Below are positions 46,027 to 56,192 of a stretch of DNA of 64,000 nucleotides, one piece after another (within the stretch, counting starts at the first letter, position 1; each line of letters starts with the position of its first letter). Under the pieces are notes generated by a model that ran no database searches, had not been told where the DNA came from, and saw only the letters and a program-made list of their open reading frames with translations. The DNA is taken from contig JAUWWC010000001.1 in the NCBI GenBank assembly GCA_030617105.1, positions 4,759 to 68,758 on the forward strand. Reading direction: 5' to 3'. Origin of the DNA: Candidatus Nealsonbacteria bacterium (GTDB lineage Bacteria > Patescibacteriota > Minisyncoccia > Minisyncoccales > GWA2-38-27). A program made the translations under genes and the position numbers.

Positions 46027-47979
46027 ATGATTTTTTCTTATAACTGGTTAAAAGATTATATTAAAAAATTGCCAAAACCAGAAAAGCTGGCACAGATTTT
46101 GACTATGCACAGTTTTGAAGTAGAGGAAGTTAAGAAAGTTGGCAAGGATTATGTTTTAGATATAGATATATTGCCAAATAGGGGACCCGACTGTTTTTCA
46201 CATATTGGAATTGCTAGAGAAATAGCAGCGGTTTTAGCTTTGAAGTTTAAACTTAAGGATATAAAAATAAAAGAGAATGAGAAAAAAACCAAAGACTTTA
46301 TTTCAGTAAATGCTAAAGATGATTGTATTCGCTATACTGCTAAAGTTATTACTGATGTAAAAGTTGGGTCTTCTCCAAAATGGATTCAGGAAAGATTAAA
46401 AGTTTGCGGGTTGCGGTCTATTAACAATATTGTAGATGCTGCAAACTATGTAATGTTGGAAACAGGTCAACCACTTCATGCTTTTGATTTGGATAAGATT
46501 GAGGGCAAAAAAATTATTGTTAGAAGAGCAAAAAAGGGAGAGAAGATTATTAGTTTAGACAATCAAAGATATAACTTAGATAGCGATATTTTAGTTATTG
46601 CAGACGCAAAAAATCCCTTGGCTATTGCTGGGATTAAAGGAGGAAAGAAAGCTGAAATAGATAAGAAAACAAAAACCATTGTTTTAGAGTCAGCTAATTT
46701 TGATTCCAGAGTTGTTCGGAGGGGTTCACAAAAACTAGGCTTGAAAACTGATGCTTCTTGGCGCTTTGAACATGGTCTTGATCCAAATCTAACAGAATTA
46801 GCAATAAATAGAGTAGCTAAATTAATTCAAGAAATTGCTAAGGGAAAAGTTGCTTCTGGTTTGGTTGATTTTTATCCTAAAAAAGTTTTGCCAAAGAAAA
46901 TAAAGTTGGACTTGAAATATGTTGAGAAATTACTAGGAAAAAAGATTCCCAAAAAAGAAATTAAAAGAATTTTAGAAAGCTTAGGATTCAAATACAAAGG
47001 GAATATCGTGGAAGTCCCTACTTTTAGATTGGATATTTCTTTGCAAGAAGATTTAATTGAAGAGATTGGCAGGATTTATGGATATGAGAAAATCTCTGCT
47101 GCTTTTCCTGTTGCTTGTTTAATTCCTCCAAAGAGAAACTTTGAGATTTTCTGGGAGAATATGACCAAAGATATTTTAAAAGAACTTGGATTTACTGAAG
47201 TATATAATTATTCTTTTATTAATGAGGAACAAACCAAGGTTTTTAAGGGCGCTATTGAGATAGAAAATCCAATGAGCAAGGAACAGAAATATTTAAGGCC
47301 GAGTTTAATTCCAAATCTATTAAAAAATATTAAAGAGAACCTCAAGCATTTTAAAGAAATTAAAATATTTGAATTAGGTAAGATATTTGACAGCCAAGGG
47401 GAAAAACAAATGTTAACTGGAGCAACTAGTGATAGTTTTTATCAGGCAAAAGGAGCAGTTGATACTTTATTGAACAAATTGGGAATTAGCGATATTTATT
47501 ATGATGAATATCATCCAGGTTCTTTTTGGCAGAAAGGAAAATGCGCTGAGATTAAAGTTAGTGGAGAAAAAATTGGTTGTTTGGGACAAATATCAGCTGA
47601 CAGAGACCGGGTCTCTGTTGTTGTCTTTGATATTGATTTTGAAGAATTAGCAAAACTCTGCTCAGAAGAGCACGAGTATCAGCCAATTTCTCAATACCCA
47701 GCAGCTGTCCGTGATTTGGCAATTTTAGTGCCAATAGATATCAAAGTTGTAGATGTATTGAATAAGATTAATATTGCTGGAGGCGCTTTAGTTAGAGATG
47801 TTGACCTTTTTGATATTTATGAAGGAGAAAGCATTGGTCAAGGAAAGAAGAATTTGGCTTTTCATATAATTTATCAAGCAGAGGATAGAACACTAAGTAC
47901 CCAAGAAATAAACAAGATGCAAGATAAAATTATTAAAGCGTTGGAAAGCGAGCCTGCTTGGCAAGTTCGACGACAATAA
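46027..47979 (+). CDS. pheT: Phenylalanine--tRNA ligase beta subunit without the B2 OB domain
   Basis: SYNWL, PNR.D, GQPLHAFD, DLIEEIGR, RDLA. Confidence 0.96.
   Translation: MIFSYNWLKDYIKKLPKPEKLAQILTMHSFEVEEVKKVGKDYVLDIDILPNRGPDCFSHIGIAREIAAVLALKFKLKDIKIKENEKKTKDFISVNAKDDCIRYTAKVITDVKVGSSPKWIQERLKVCGLRSINNIVDAANYVMLETGQPLHAFDLDKIEGKKIIVRRAKKGEKIISLDNQRYNLDSDILVIADAKNPLAIAGIKGGKKAEIDKKTKTIVLESANFDSRVVRRGSQKLGLKTDASWRFEHGLDPNLTELAINRVAKLIQEIAKGKVASGLVDFYPKKVLPKKIKLDLKYVEKLLGKKIPKKEIKRILESLGFKYKGNIVEVPTFRLDISLQEDLIEEIGRIYGYEKISAAFPVACLIPPKRNFEIFWENMTKDILKELGFTEVYNYSFINEEQTKVFKGAIEIENPMSKEQKYLRPSLIPNLLKNIKENLKHFKEIKIFELGKIFDSQGEKQMLTGATSDSFYQAKGAVDTLLNKLGISDIYYDEYHPGSFWQKGKCAEIKVSGEKIGCLGQISADRDRVSVVVFDIDFEELAKLCSEEHEYQPISQYPAAVRDLAILVPIDIKVVDVLNKINIAGGALVRDVDLFDIYEGESIGQGKKNLAFHIIYQAEDRTLSTQEINKMQDKIIKALESEPAWQVRRQ
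47600..47618. repeat. Palindromic element in-frame in pheT
   Basis: ACAGAGACCGGGTCTCTGT. Confidence 0.7.
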
Positions 47980-48010
47980 TTTCTAATTTCTAATTTCTAA
48001 TTTCTAATTT
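47978..48010 (+). repeat. Heptamer tandem repeat (AATTTCT)n
   Basis: About 4.5 copies filling the pheT-gyrB spacer. Confidence 0.85.
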
Positions 48011-49957
48011 ATGCCTAAGAAAAAAACTACTAAAAAACCAAAAAAGAAAGAAACAGGTTATACTGCTGAAGATATTTATGTTTTAAAAGGTCTGGAGCCG
48101 GTTAGAAGAAGGCCGGCAATGTATATTGGTTCAACTGGTTCTGATGGCTTGCACCACTTAGTCTGGGAGGTTTTAGATAATGGTTTAGACGAATGCCTGG
48201 CTGGTTATGCAAAAAACATTGAGATTATTCTTTTGCCTGGGAATAGAGTTAGAACAACTGATGATGGTAGAGGCATTCCAGTAGAGAAGCATCCTCAGAC
48301 AAAGAAGTCAGCTTTAGAAACAGTAATGACTACTTTGCATGCTGGAGGTAAGTTTGGAGGCAAGGCATATCAAGTGGCTGGCGGTCTGCATGGAGTAGGT
48401 GTTTCAGTTGTTTGCGCTTTGTCTAATTATATGAAAGCTGAGGTTTGTCGTGGAGGAGCTAGATATGGTCAGGAGTATTCCAAAGGCAAGGCAAAGACAA
48501 AGGTTAAAAAGATAGGTTCTTGCAGGCAGACAGGAACAACTGTTTTATTTGAGCCAGATCCAGAAATCTTTAAAGAGATTAAGTTTAATGCAAAAAGGAT
48601 TTTAAAGCATCTGCGGCAGCAAGCCTATTTAACTAAAGGAATTAGAATAACCTTTAAAGATGAAAGAGAAAAAGAAAAGACAAGTTATAGTTTCTATTTT
48701 GAAGGCGGTCTTGCCTCATATATTAAATATTTGACTCATGGTTCTGCACCACGTAATCCTAATGTTTTTTACTGCTATGGTGAGAAAAATGGAATGGTTG
48801 TTGAGGCATCTTTTCAGTATACTGAAGAATATGAATATTATGAAGAAGGTTTTGCTAATAATATCCATACTGAAGAAGGAGGCACTCACTTGACTGGATT
48901 TAGAACTGCTTTAACCAGGACTTTTAATGACTATGCTAAGAGGAATGATTTTCTTAAAGAATCAGATGATAATTTATCAGGTGATGATGTTAGGGAGGGT
49001 TTAACTGGAGTTGTTGCAGTAAAGATAAAAGAGCCGCAGTTTGAAGGTCAAACCAAGGCAAAGTTAGGTAATCCAGAAGCCAAACTTATAGTAGACCAAG
49101 TCGTTTCTGAACATCTAACTGATTTCTTAGAAAGGAATCCTCAAGATGCTAAAGCCATTATTGAGAAGTGCATTTTATCTTCTCGTGCTAGAAAGGCGGC
49201 AAGAGCAGCTAGAGAAACTGTGTTAAGGAAAGGAGTTTTAGAAGGCCTTGCCTTGCCTGGGAAGTTAGCTGATTGCGCTTCAAAAAAGCCTGAAGAATCG
49301 GAGCTATTTGTAGTGGAAGGCGAGAGTGCCGGAGGTAGTGGAAAGCAAGGCCGGGATAGAAGGTTTCAGGCAATTTTGCCTCTTAAGGGCAAAATCTTAA
49401 ACGTTGAAAGAGCCAGAATAGATAGAATCTTATCTTCAAAAGAGATTAGAGCTTTAATTATTGCTTTAGGAACTGCTATTGGCGAAGACTTTGACATTGA
49501 AAAAGCAAGATATCACAAAATTATTATAATGGCTGATTCTGATTCGGATGGAAATCATATCAGAACCTTACTTTTGACTCTTTTCTTTCGTTATTTCAGA
49601 CCCATAATTGAAAAAGGTTATCTTTATATCGCCCAACCTCCACTTTATAAGATTCAATCAGGAAAGAGAATTGAATATACTTACACTGAAGATGGGAAAA
49701 AGAAAACTTTAGATTTACTGAAAAAAGAAAAAATAACAAATCCTTCCATTCAAAGATATAAAGGTTTGGGAGAAATGAATCCAGAAGAGTTATGGCACAC
49801 AGCAATGGATCCAGAAAAGCGGACTTTATTACAGATTACTATTGAGGATGCTAAAGAAGCAGACAGGATTTTTGATACTTTAATGGGAGAAGAGGTTCCT
49901 CCAAGAAAGAAATTCATCCAAACCTATGCCAAGAAGGTAAAGAACCTTGACATTTAG
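48011..49957 (+). CDS. gyrB: DNA gyrase subunit B
   Basis: VRRRPAMYIG, GGLHGVG, VEGESAGG, RYKGLGEMN. Confidence 0.96.
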   Translation: MPKKKTTKKPKKKETGYTAEDIYVLKGLEPVRRRPAMYIGSTGSDGLHHLVWEVLDNGLDECLAGYAKNIEIILLPGNRVRTTDDGRGIPVEKHPQTKKSALETVMTTLHAGGKFGGKAYQVAGGLHGVGVSVVCALSNYMKAEVCRGGARYGQEYSKGKAKTKVKKIGSCRQTGTTVLFEPDPEIFKEIKFNAKRILKHLRQQAYLTKGIRITFKDEREKEKTSYSFYFEGGLASYIKYLTHGSAPRNPNVFYCYGEKNGMVVEASFQYTEEYEYYEEGFANNIHTEEGGTHLTGFRTALTRTFNDYAKRNDFLKESDDNLSGDDVREGLTGVVAVKIKEPQFEGQTKAKLGNPEAKLIVDQVVSEHLTDFLERNPQDAKAIIEKCILSSRARKAARAARETVLRKGVLEGLALPGKLADCASKKPEESELFVVEGESAGGSGKQGRDRRFQAILPLKGKILNVERARIDRILSSKEIRALIIALGTAIGEDFDIEKARYHKIIIMADSDSDGNHIRTLLLTLFFRYFRPIIEKGYLYIAQPPLYKIQSGKRIEYTYTEDGKKKTLDLLKKEKITNPSIQRYKGLGEMNPEELWHTAMDPEKRTLLQITIEDAKEADRIFDTLMGEEVPPRKKFIQTYAKKVKNLDI

Positions 49958-49962
49958 AAAAT

Positions 49963-49996
49963 AAAAAAAGCCCCTTAGGTTTCACCTAAAGAGCTT
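49963..49996. terminator. Terminator between gyrB and the inserted minus-strand ORF
   Basis: A7-GC..TTAGGT-TTC-ACCTAA..GCTT. Confidence 0.65.
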
Positions 49997-50007
49997 ATAT
50001 TCAGAAC

Positions 50008-50406
50008 CTATAAAAGATAGAATCTTAAATCTAAAGCGTCTATTATGGGCCATCCGATTATCCATAGGCCCATAAAGAACTCGTATATTACAGGTCTTTG
50101 ATATGGCGTGATTCGCGTGCCAAAAATTATAGCTCCGGAACAAAAAAGAACAAAGCAAGCTAAGCTTAAAAATATAAGTTTCCTAGAGCGTATGTTGACT
50201 ATCATTAATATCTTATTTAGTAATGATGATATAAACCAGATTATCACCAATATGCTTAGCAGAACTGTAAATTTATACTGATATTCTCCTGGATCTGTTT
50301 TTTGGTAAGATGCGAATATTCCAAGAAACATGATCAAGATGGATACGATCCCTGTTATTCGTCTTACATCTATTCTTCTCCTTCTTCCTTTCCATGTTGT
50401 CCACAT
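50008..50406 (-). CDS. 4-TM membrane protein (accessory cassette)
   Basis: Four hydrophobic helices; GAAAGGAG SD. Confidence 0.75.
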   Translation of the reverse strand: MWTTWKGRRRRIDVRRITGIVSILIMFLGIFASYQKTDPGEYQYKFTVLLSILVIIWFISSLLNKILMIVNIRSRKLIFLSLACFVLFCSGAIIFGTRITPYQRPVIYEFFMGLWIIGWPIIDALDLRFYLL

Positions 50407-50503
50407 TTTTTTCTCCTTTCTTAATAAACTTCTTTTATTTTTTTTGTAAAAGTGCTTTTCTAAATTCTAGTTAGATTGTATTATATTATTAAATTTTTGT
50501 CAA
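50407..50503 (-). promoter_or_regulatory. Cassette leader
   Basis: Minus strand TTGACA-17-TACAAT; GCACTTTTACAA; GAAAGGAG. Confidence 0.75.
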
Positions 50504-50581
50504 GAAAATTGACAGCACCATTATTTTCGGTTAATATAAGCATAGCTTAATTATTATAAGTATACTCAATTATAAAAAACT

Positions 50582-50782
50582 ATGAAAATTAGTAATTTGC
50601 CTAAAAAACTCGTTAGTTTCTTAAAAGAGGTAAAACTTGAGATGAAGAAAGTTAATTGGCCTACTAAGAAAGAAACTATAAAATATACTTTAATTATTAT
50701 TGCGGTTTCAATTGCTGTAGCTGTGTTTTTAGGCGGTCTGGATTATATATTCTCAACAATATTAAATAAATTTGTTTTATAA
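50582..50782 (+). CDS. secE: Preprotein translocase subunit SecE
   Basis: FLKEV..E.KKV.WP, GGLD. Confidence 0.95.
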   Translation: MKISNLPKKLVSFLKEVKLEMKKVNWPTKKETIKYTLIIIAVSIAVAVFLGGLDYIFSTILNKFVL

Positions 50783-51327
50783 TGCCTAAGCAGAGATTAC
50801 CACAACAAAAAAACTGGTATGTAATTCATACTTATTCTGGTTATGAAGATGCAGTTGCTAAAAACCTTAAGCAAAGGGTGGAGTCATTGGGCATGGAAGA
50901 TAAGATTTTTAATGTCTTGGTGCCAAAAGAGAAAAAGATTAAGATTAAAAGCGGTAAAAGAAAAACAGTTGAAGAAAAGATTTATCCAGGTTATGTTTTG
51001 GTTGAAATGATTGTTACTGATGATTCTTGGTATGTTGTCAGAAACACTCCTAATGTAACTGGTTTTGTTGGGGTGGGTACCACGCCAGTGCCAGTTTCAC
51101 CAAAAGAAGTGGAAACTTTGCAGGCAAGAATGGGCGTAGAAACTCCTCAGTATAAGATTGAGGTTAAGCCAGGGGATTCAGTAAAGATTATTGATGGCCC
51201 TTTTAAAGATTTTGATGGCAAGGTTTCAGAAATTGATGAAGCGAGGGGAAAGATAAAAGTTTTGGTAAATATGTTTGGCAGAGATACTCCTGTTGAGTTG
51301 GACTCTTTACAGATTAAAAAGCTTTAA
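50782..51327 (+). CDS. nusG: Transcription factor NusG
   Basis: WYVIHTYSGYE, PGYVLV, GPF.DF.G, FGR.TP. Confidence 0.98.
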   Translation: MPKQRLPQQKNWYVIHTYSGYEDAVAKNLKQRVESLGMEDKIFNVLVPKEKKIKIKSGKRKTVEEKIYPGYVLVEMIVTDDSWYVVRNTPNVTGFVGVGTTPVPVSPKEVETLQARMGVETPQYKIEVKPGDSVKIIDGPFKDFDGKVSEIDEARGKIKVLVNMFGRDTPVELDSLQIKKL

Positions 51328-51330
51328 AAT

Positions 51331-51756
51331 ATGGCAAAAAAAGTTATCGCAATTATCAAGCTTCAAATTCCAGCTGGTCAAGCAACCCCTGCTCCTCCAG
51401 TAGGGCCTTCTTTAGCTCAGCATGGACTAAATATTGCAGAATTCTGCCAGAAGTTTAATGATGCAACAAAAAATCAAACAGGTTTTACTGTGCCAGTAGA
51501 GATTACAGTTTATCAAGATAGAACTTATGATTTCAAGACAAAACAGCCACCAGCTGCAGAGCTTCTGAAAAAGGCAGCTGCAATTGAGAAGGGTTCTGGA
51601 GTGCCGAATAAAACAAAAGTTGCTAAAATTACAAAAGCCCAACTCAAAGAGATTGCACAAAAGAAAATGCCTGACTTAAACACTACTGACATTGAGCAGG
51701 CAATGAAAATCATTGAAGGCACTGCGAAGAACATGGGTATAGAAATAGAAAAATAA
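51331..51756 (+). CDS. rplK: 50S ribosomal protein L11
   Basis: [21 protein letters not shown]. Confidence 0.98.
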   Translation: MAKKVIAIIKLQIPAGQATPAPPVGPSLAQHGLNIAEFCQKFNDATKNQTGFTVPVEITVYQDRTYDFKTKQPPAAELLKKAAAIEKGSGVPNKTKVAKITKAQLKEIAQKKMPDLNTTDIEQAMKIIEGTAKNMGIEIEK

Positions 51757-51767
51757 TTTCTTATTAC

Positions 51768-52286
51768 ATGAAAGAGTCCCCAAAAATAAATAATAAACAA
51801 TCTAGATATATTCGCCCAACTTGGGATGAATATTTTCTGAGCTTATTAGAGCCTTTAGGAAGAAGGGGAACCTGTGATCGAGGTCGCAGCGGCGCTGTTA
51901 TTGTAAGCAAGGCTAATACAATTTTAGCCACAGGTTATGTGGGATCGCCGCCGGGTCAGCCGCATTGCGATGAAGTCGGCCATATGATGGTGAAGGTTAT
52001 TGACGAGGAGGGAAATCAGTCCCAGCACTGTGTAAGAACCCTGCATGCAGAAGAAAATGCCATTTTGCAGTGTGCTAAAGACGGGGTAAAGCTTGAGGGA
52101 GCAACAGTTTATTGCAAAATGGTACCTTGTTATAACTGCAGCATGAGAATAGTGCGCGTAGGTATAAAGAGGGTGGTAGCACAAAAAAGATACCACGCAG
52201 ATCAGTTGTCAGTGGAATTATTTAAAAGTGCCGGCGTTAAAATATCCATAGTTGATAACACAATGGAAAAATACGCCCGACAGTAA
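51768..52286 (+). CDS. dCMP deaminase (ComEB-like)
   Basis: RP.WDEYF, HAEENA, PCYNC. Confidence 0.9.
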   Translation: MKESPKINNKQSRYIRPTWDEYFLSLLEPLGRRGTCDRGRSGAVIVSKANTILATGYVGSPPGQPHCDEVGHMMVKVIDEEGNQSQHCVRTLHAEENAILQCAKDGVKLEGATVYCKMVPCYNCSMRIVRVGIKRVVAQKRYHADQLSVELFKSAGVKISIVDNTMEKYARQ

Positions 52287-52347
52287 GAACCTCGCCTTTG
52301 GCGAGAACCTTGATTCGTCATTGTAAAACATATAATCTTGAATTAAA

Positions 52348-53064
52348 ATGCTCAAAAATCAATATCCGGGAAAATTTATAGTTCTTGAGGGCTTAGATGG
52401 GTCAGGAAAATCAACCCAATCTAAATTATTGATTAGGCATTTGAAAAGCAAAGGATATAAAGTAGAAACAATTGATTTTCCTCGGCACGGTGAAAAACCA
52501 GCCTGGTTGGTAGATGAATATCTAAGAGGTAAATATGGTACTGCAGAAGAAGTGGGACCTTACAGGGGTTCTATTTTTTATGCTTGTGACAGATATGATG
52601 CTGGTTTCAAAATAAGAAAATGGTTAAAAGATGGGAAAATAGTTATTGCTGATAGATATCTTGCTTCAAACATAGGTCATCAAGGTGGCAAGATAAAAAA
52701 TAAAAAAGAAAGAAAAAAATACTTTGACTGGCTCTATCATTTAGAATACGAAATCTTAAAAATTCCTAAGCCTGACTATAATTTTATTCTTAAAACCTCG
52801 CCTAAATTTTCTTTAAAACTAGCTCATAAAATAACTGACAAAGAAAAAAAAGCAAGAAGAAAAGCTTACTTAGGCAGAAGCGATAAAAGAGATATTCATG
52901 AAAAGGACAAAAAGCACTTGGAAGATACTTTAAAATCGTATTTACATGCAGCTAAAGAATTTCCAAAGGAGTTCAAAGTTATAGAATGTATAGAAAATAA
53001 TAAATTATTATCTCCAGAAGTAATTCATGAGAAAATTTGGAAATTAATGAAGGAAATATTATAA
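52348..53064 (+). CDS. tmk: Thymidylate kinase
   Basis: EGLDGSGKSTQ, DRY..S. Confidence 0.92.
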   Translation: MLKNQYPGKFIVLEGLDGSGKSTQSKLLIRHLKSKGYKVETIDFPRHGEKPAWLVDEYLRGKYGTAEEVGPYRGSIFYACDRYDAGFKIRKWLKDGKIVIADRYLASNIGHQGGKIKNKKERKKYFDWLYHLEYEILKIPKPDYNFILKTSPKFSLKLAHKITDKEKKARRKAYLGRSDKRDIHEKDKKHLEDTLKSYLHAAKEFPKEFKVIECIENNKLLSPEVIHEKIWKLMKEIL

Positions 53065-53067
53065 CCT

Positions 53068-54693
53068 ATGGAGATAACAGAACAAGATAAATACTTATTA
53101 GAGCCGTTTTTTACTAATTTAGATAAATCGGTTTTTGCAGTGAGTTTTTTACCTCCAGAAGTGATTGGCGCTTTATGTTCCAGAACAAGCAGAGCTAAAC
53201 AGGACTTGAGAATGATATTCTTGAATGAGTTTATAAAACCCTTTATTGAAGAGGAAAGCGAATATGGAAAATCTCTAAAAGCTTTAATTGATTTTCTGCA
53301 TAAATATCCCATAGAACTTATTTTTTCAAATCCAAAAGGCAGAGAATTCTATATCAAATGGCTTGCTCAATTTGGAGATGATTCTATTGCCCAGATGGCA
53401 GGTACCCACCTTATATATTCAGGCATTTCCCAAATAACTATAAAGCATTTTGAGGATATGCGTCTTGGCATTGCTCCTATTGAGAAATCAACCCGTTATG
53501 TTGATTATTCATCTAAGGTTAATAATCAATACCGCTATTATACTGATCCAAGTTTAGAAAAGATGGGTTTGATTGAAGAATATAAAGAAGTAATGGATAA
53601 TCTTTTTGAAACATATGGTTCATTATTGCAGAAATACCTTGAACATTTGAAAAAGCAATATCCTGGAGAAAAAGAAAGCTTATTAAAAACAAAAGCATTT
53701 GATGTTAATAGAAAGCTTTTGCCAAATGCAACTCTTAGCCAGGTTTCTTTTTTTGGTAATGGCCAGGCATTTGAGTATTTAATAAATAGGTCTTTAGACC
53801 ATAAGTTAGGAGAAATACAATGGGCAGGCAAAAGAGCTTTTGAAGAGTTAAGTAAAATTATCCCTGCTTTTTTGAGAAGAGTAAAGAGTGAGGAATCTAA
53901 AGAATACAGGAACTATTTGTCAGAGAGGGGAGAGAGAATTCAGAAATCGCTTGAGCAAATTACTTGGAAAAAAGAGATAACATCATCTGAAGCTTCAGTT
54001 AAATTGCTTGATTTTGACCCAGATGGTGAGAATAAGATAATTGCTGGATTGCTTTATTTAGAACTTCACGAGCCATATGAGAATATTCTTCAGAAAGTAA
54101 GACGTTTATCAAATGAAAATAAAGAGAGAATTCTTCAAGAGGTTCTAAAAGACAGGAAGTTTAAATATTATAAGGTGCCAAGGGCTTTTGAAAATACTTA
54201 TTTGAGGTTTGAAATTGTAATGAATACTGGTGCTTGGCGTGATTTGCATCGTCATCGCATCCATACTCAATATAGGGAAAGATTTAATATCTATAATGGT
54301 TTTGATATACCAGAAGAGCTTAAACAAGCTAATCTTGATTCAGAATATGTTTCAGCAATAAAAAGAACTGAAGAATTGTTTAAGAAAATAGAGAAAATTG
54401 ACCCAGATATTGCTCAATATTGCTGTACCCTTGCTCATAAAGTAAGATTTATCCAGTATCAAAACTTAAGGTCCTTCTTTTGGGAAACAGAACTTAGAAC
54501 CATTCCTGAAGGACATCCTGATTACAGAAAAATAGAGCAGGAAAAGATAAAATTAGTTCAGAAAATATACCCTTTAATTGGGAAATACCTCTTGGTGGAT
54601 ATGGGAACTTATGACTTTGCTCGGCGCAGAGATGCCGAACAAATTCAAAAAAAAGAACAAGAATTAAAATCATGGAATATAAGCCAACAATAG
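53068..54693 (+). CDS. thyX: Flavin-dependent thymidylate synthase (tandem-domain form)
   Basis: FGDDSIA, EKSTRY, RDLHRHR. Confidence 0.88.
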   Translation: MEITEQDKYLLEPFFTNLDKSVFAVSFLPPEVIGALCSRTSRAKQDLRMIFLNEFIKPFIEEESEYGKSLKALIDFLHKYPIELIFSNPKGREFYIKWLAQFGDDSIAQMAGTHLIYSGISQITIKHFEDMRLGIAPIEKSTRYVDYSSKVNNQYRYYTDPSLEKMGLIEEYKEVMDNLFETYGSLLQKYLEHLKKQYPGEKESLLKTKAFDVNRKLLPNATLSQVSFFGNGQAFEYLINRSLDHKLGEIQWAGKRAFEELSKIIPAFLRRVKSEESKEYRNYLSERGERIQKSLEQITWKKEITSSEASVKLLDFDPDGENKIIAGLLYLELHEPYENILQKVRRLSNENKERILQEVLKDRKFKYYKVPRAFENTYLRFEIVMNTGAWRDLHRHRIHTQYRERFNIYNGFDIPEELKQANLDSEYVSAIKRTEELFKKIEKIDPDIAQYCCTLAHKVRFIQYQNLRSFFWETELRTIPEGHPDYRKIEQEKIKLVQKIYPLIGKYLLVDMGTYDFARRRDAEQIQKKEQELKSWNISQQ

Positions 54694-56114
54694 GCCTGGA
54701 AATACATGTAGAGCTTAAGACAAAGAGTAAGATGTTTTGTTCTTGCAAGAATGACCCAGACGAGAAAAGGCCTAATTTTAATATTTGTCCTGTTTGCACT
54801 GCGCAACCAGGTAGCTTGCCAGTTATTAATAAGGAAGCAGTAAGAAAAACAATAAAAACCGGGTTAGCTTTGAATTGTTCTATTCCTAAAGAATCAAAAT
54901 TTGATAGGAAAAATTATTTCTATCCTGATTTGCCAAAAGGTTACCAGATATCTCAGTATGATAAGCCATTCTGCAAACAAGGATTTTTGGAAGTTGATGG
55001 TAAGAAAATCCGTATAACAAGAGTTCATCTTGAAGAAGATACTGGAAGATTAGTTCACGAGAAGGGCAGTTCTTTAGTTGATTTTAATAGAGCTGGGATT
55101 CCTTTAATGGAAATGGTTACTGAGCCAGATTTATTTTCAGCAAAACAGGCAAAGAAATTTGCTCAAGAACTAAAATTAATTTTAAGATATCTTGATGTTT
55201 CTGACGCTGATATGGAAAAAGGCCAGATGCGGGTTGAAGTGAATATTAGTTTGAGCAAGGATAAGAAAATGGGGACAAAAGTAGAGATTAAGAATTTGAA
55301 TTCATTTAGAAGCGTTGAACAATCTATTGATTATGAAATTGAAAGACAAGCAGAGCTTTTAGATAAAGGGGAAAAGATTATTCAGGAAACTCGTGGCTGG
55401 GATGAGAAAAAAGGAAAAACAGTCAGTCAGAGGGAAAAAGAAGAAGCTCATGACTATAGATATTTCCCAGAGCCTGATTTGCCAACAATTCATTTAGATA
55501 AGAAGTTTGTTCAGGATATTCAAGGAGAAATCCCTGAACTTCCTCAAGCAAAAAGAATAAGATTGGCTTATGAATATAATTTAGATGAAAAGGTAGTTGA
55601 GATTTTCACTTCTAACAAAGATTTAGGCGAGTATTTTGAAAAAGTAATGTCAGAATTGAGCAATTGGTTGAAGAAAGTTGATCAGCAGAGATTAGTTAAG
55701 CTTGCTGTAAATTATATTACTACTGATTTTTGGTCATTGTTTGGAAAAGCTTCAATTTCTGAATTAGAAGATAAAATTACTCCAGAGAATTTTGCTGAAT
55801 TGGGTAGTTTGATTTATAAAGGAGAAATATCAAGCAAGATTGCTAAGCAGGTTTTGACAGAAATGTTTAAGACAAGAGCTGATCCTTCTCATATTATTGA
55901 AGAAAAAGGTTTAACTCAGGTAACTGATATAAAAGAGATTGAGGGAGTTATTAAAGATGTAATTTCTAAAAATCCCAAAGCAGTTGAAGATTATAAAAAA
56001 GGAAAACAAAATGCCCTGCAGTTTTTAGCAGGGCAGGTAATGGTCGTCACTCGCGGCCGCGCCAAACCAGACATAGTGCAAGAGTTATTGAAGAAACTTC
56101 TAGCAAAAAGCTAA
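54672..56114 (+). CDS. gatB: Asp/Glu-tRNA amidotransferase subunit B
   Basis: IGLEIH, DRKNYFYPDLPKGYQISQ, YRYFPEPDL. Confidence 0.98.
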   Translation: MEYKPTIGLEIHVELKTKSKMFCSCKNDPDEKRPNFNICPVCTAQPGSLPVINKEAVRKTIKTGLALNCSIPKESKFDRKNYFYPDLPKGYQISQYDKPFCKQGFLEVDGKKIRITRVHLEEDTGRLVHEKGSSLVDFNRAGIPLMEMVTEPDLFSAKQAKKFAQELKLILRYLDVSDADMEKGQMRVEVNISLSKDKKMGTKVEIKNLNSFRSVEQSIDYEIERQAELLDKGEKIIQETRGWDEKKGKTVSQREKEEAHDYRYFPEPDLPTIHLDKKFVQDIQGEIPELPQAKRIRLAYEYNLDEKVVEIFTSNKDLGEYFEKVMSELSNWLKKVDQQRLVKLAVNYITTDFWSLFGKASISELEDKITPENFAELGSLIYKGEISSKIAKQVLTEMFKTRADPSHIIEEKGLTQVTDIKEIEGVIKDVISKNPKAVEDYKKGKQNALQFLAGQVMVVTRGRAKPDIVQELLKKLLAKS

Positions 56115-56192
56115 AAACCAAGTTTCAAAAATCAAAACCAGGTTTCTGACGAAGTGAAACCTGGTTTTTAGATTTTTCAGAAACTCGGTTTT
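56114..56192. repeat. Four RAAAC-N3-GTTTY palindromic units forming one hairpin
   Basis: Units at 56114, 56134, 56156 and 56180 between convergent gatB and miaA. Confidence 0.8.
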
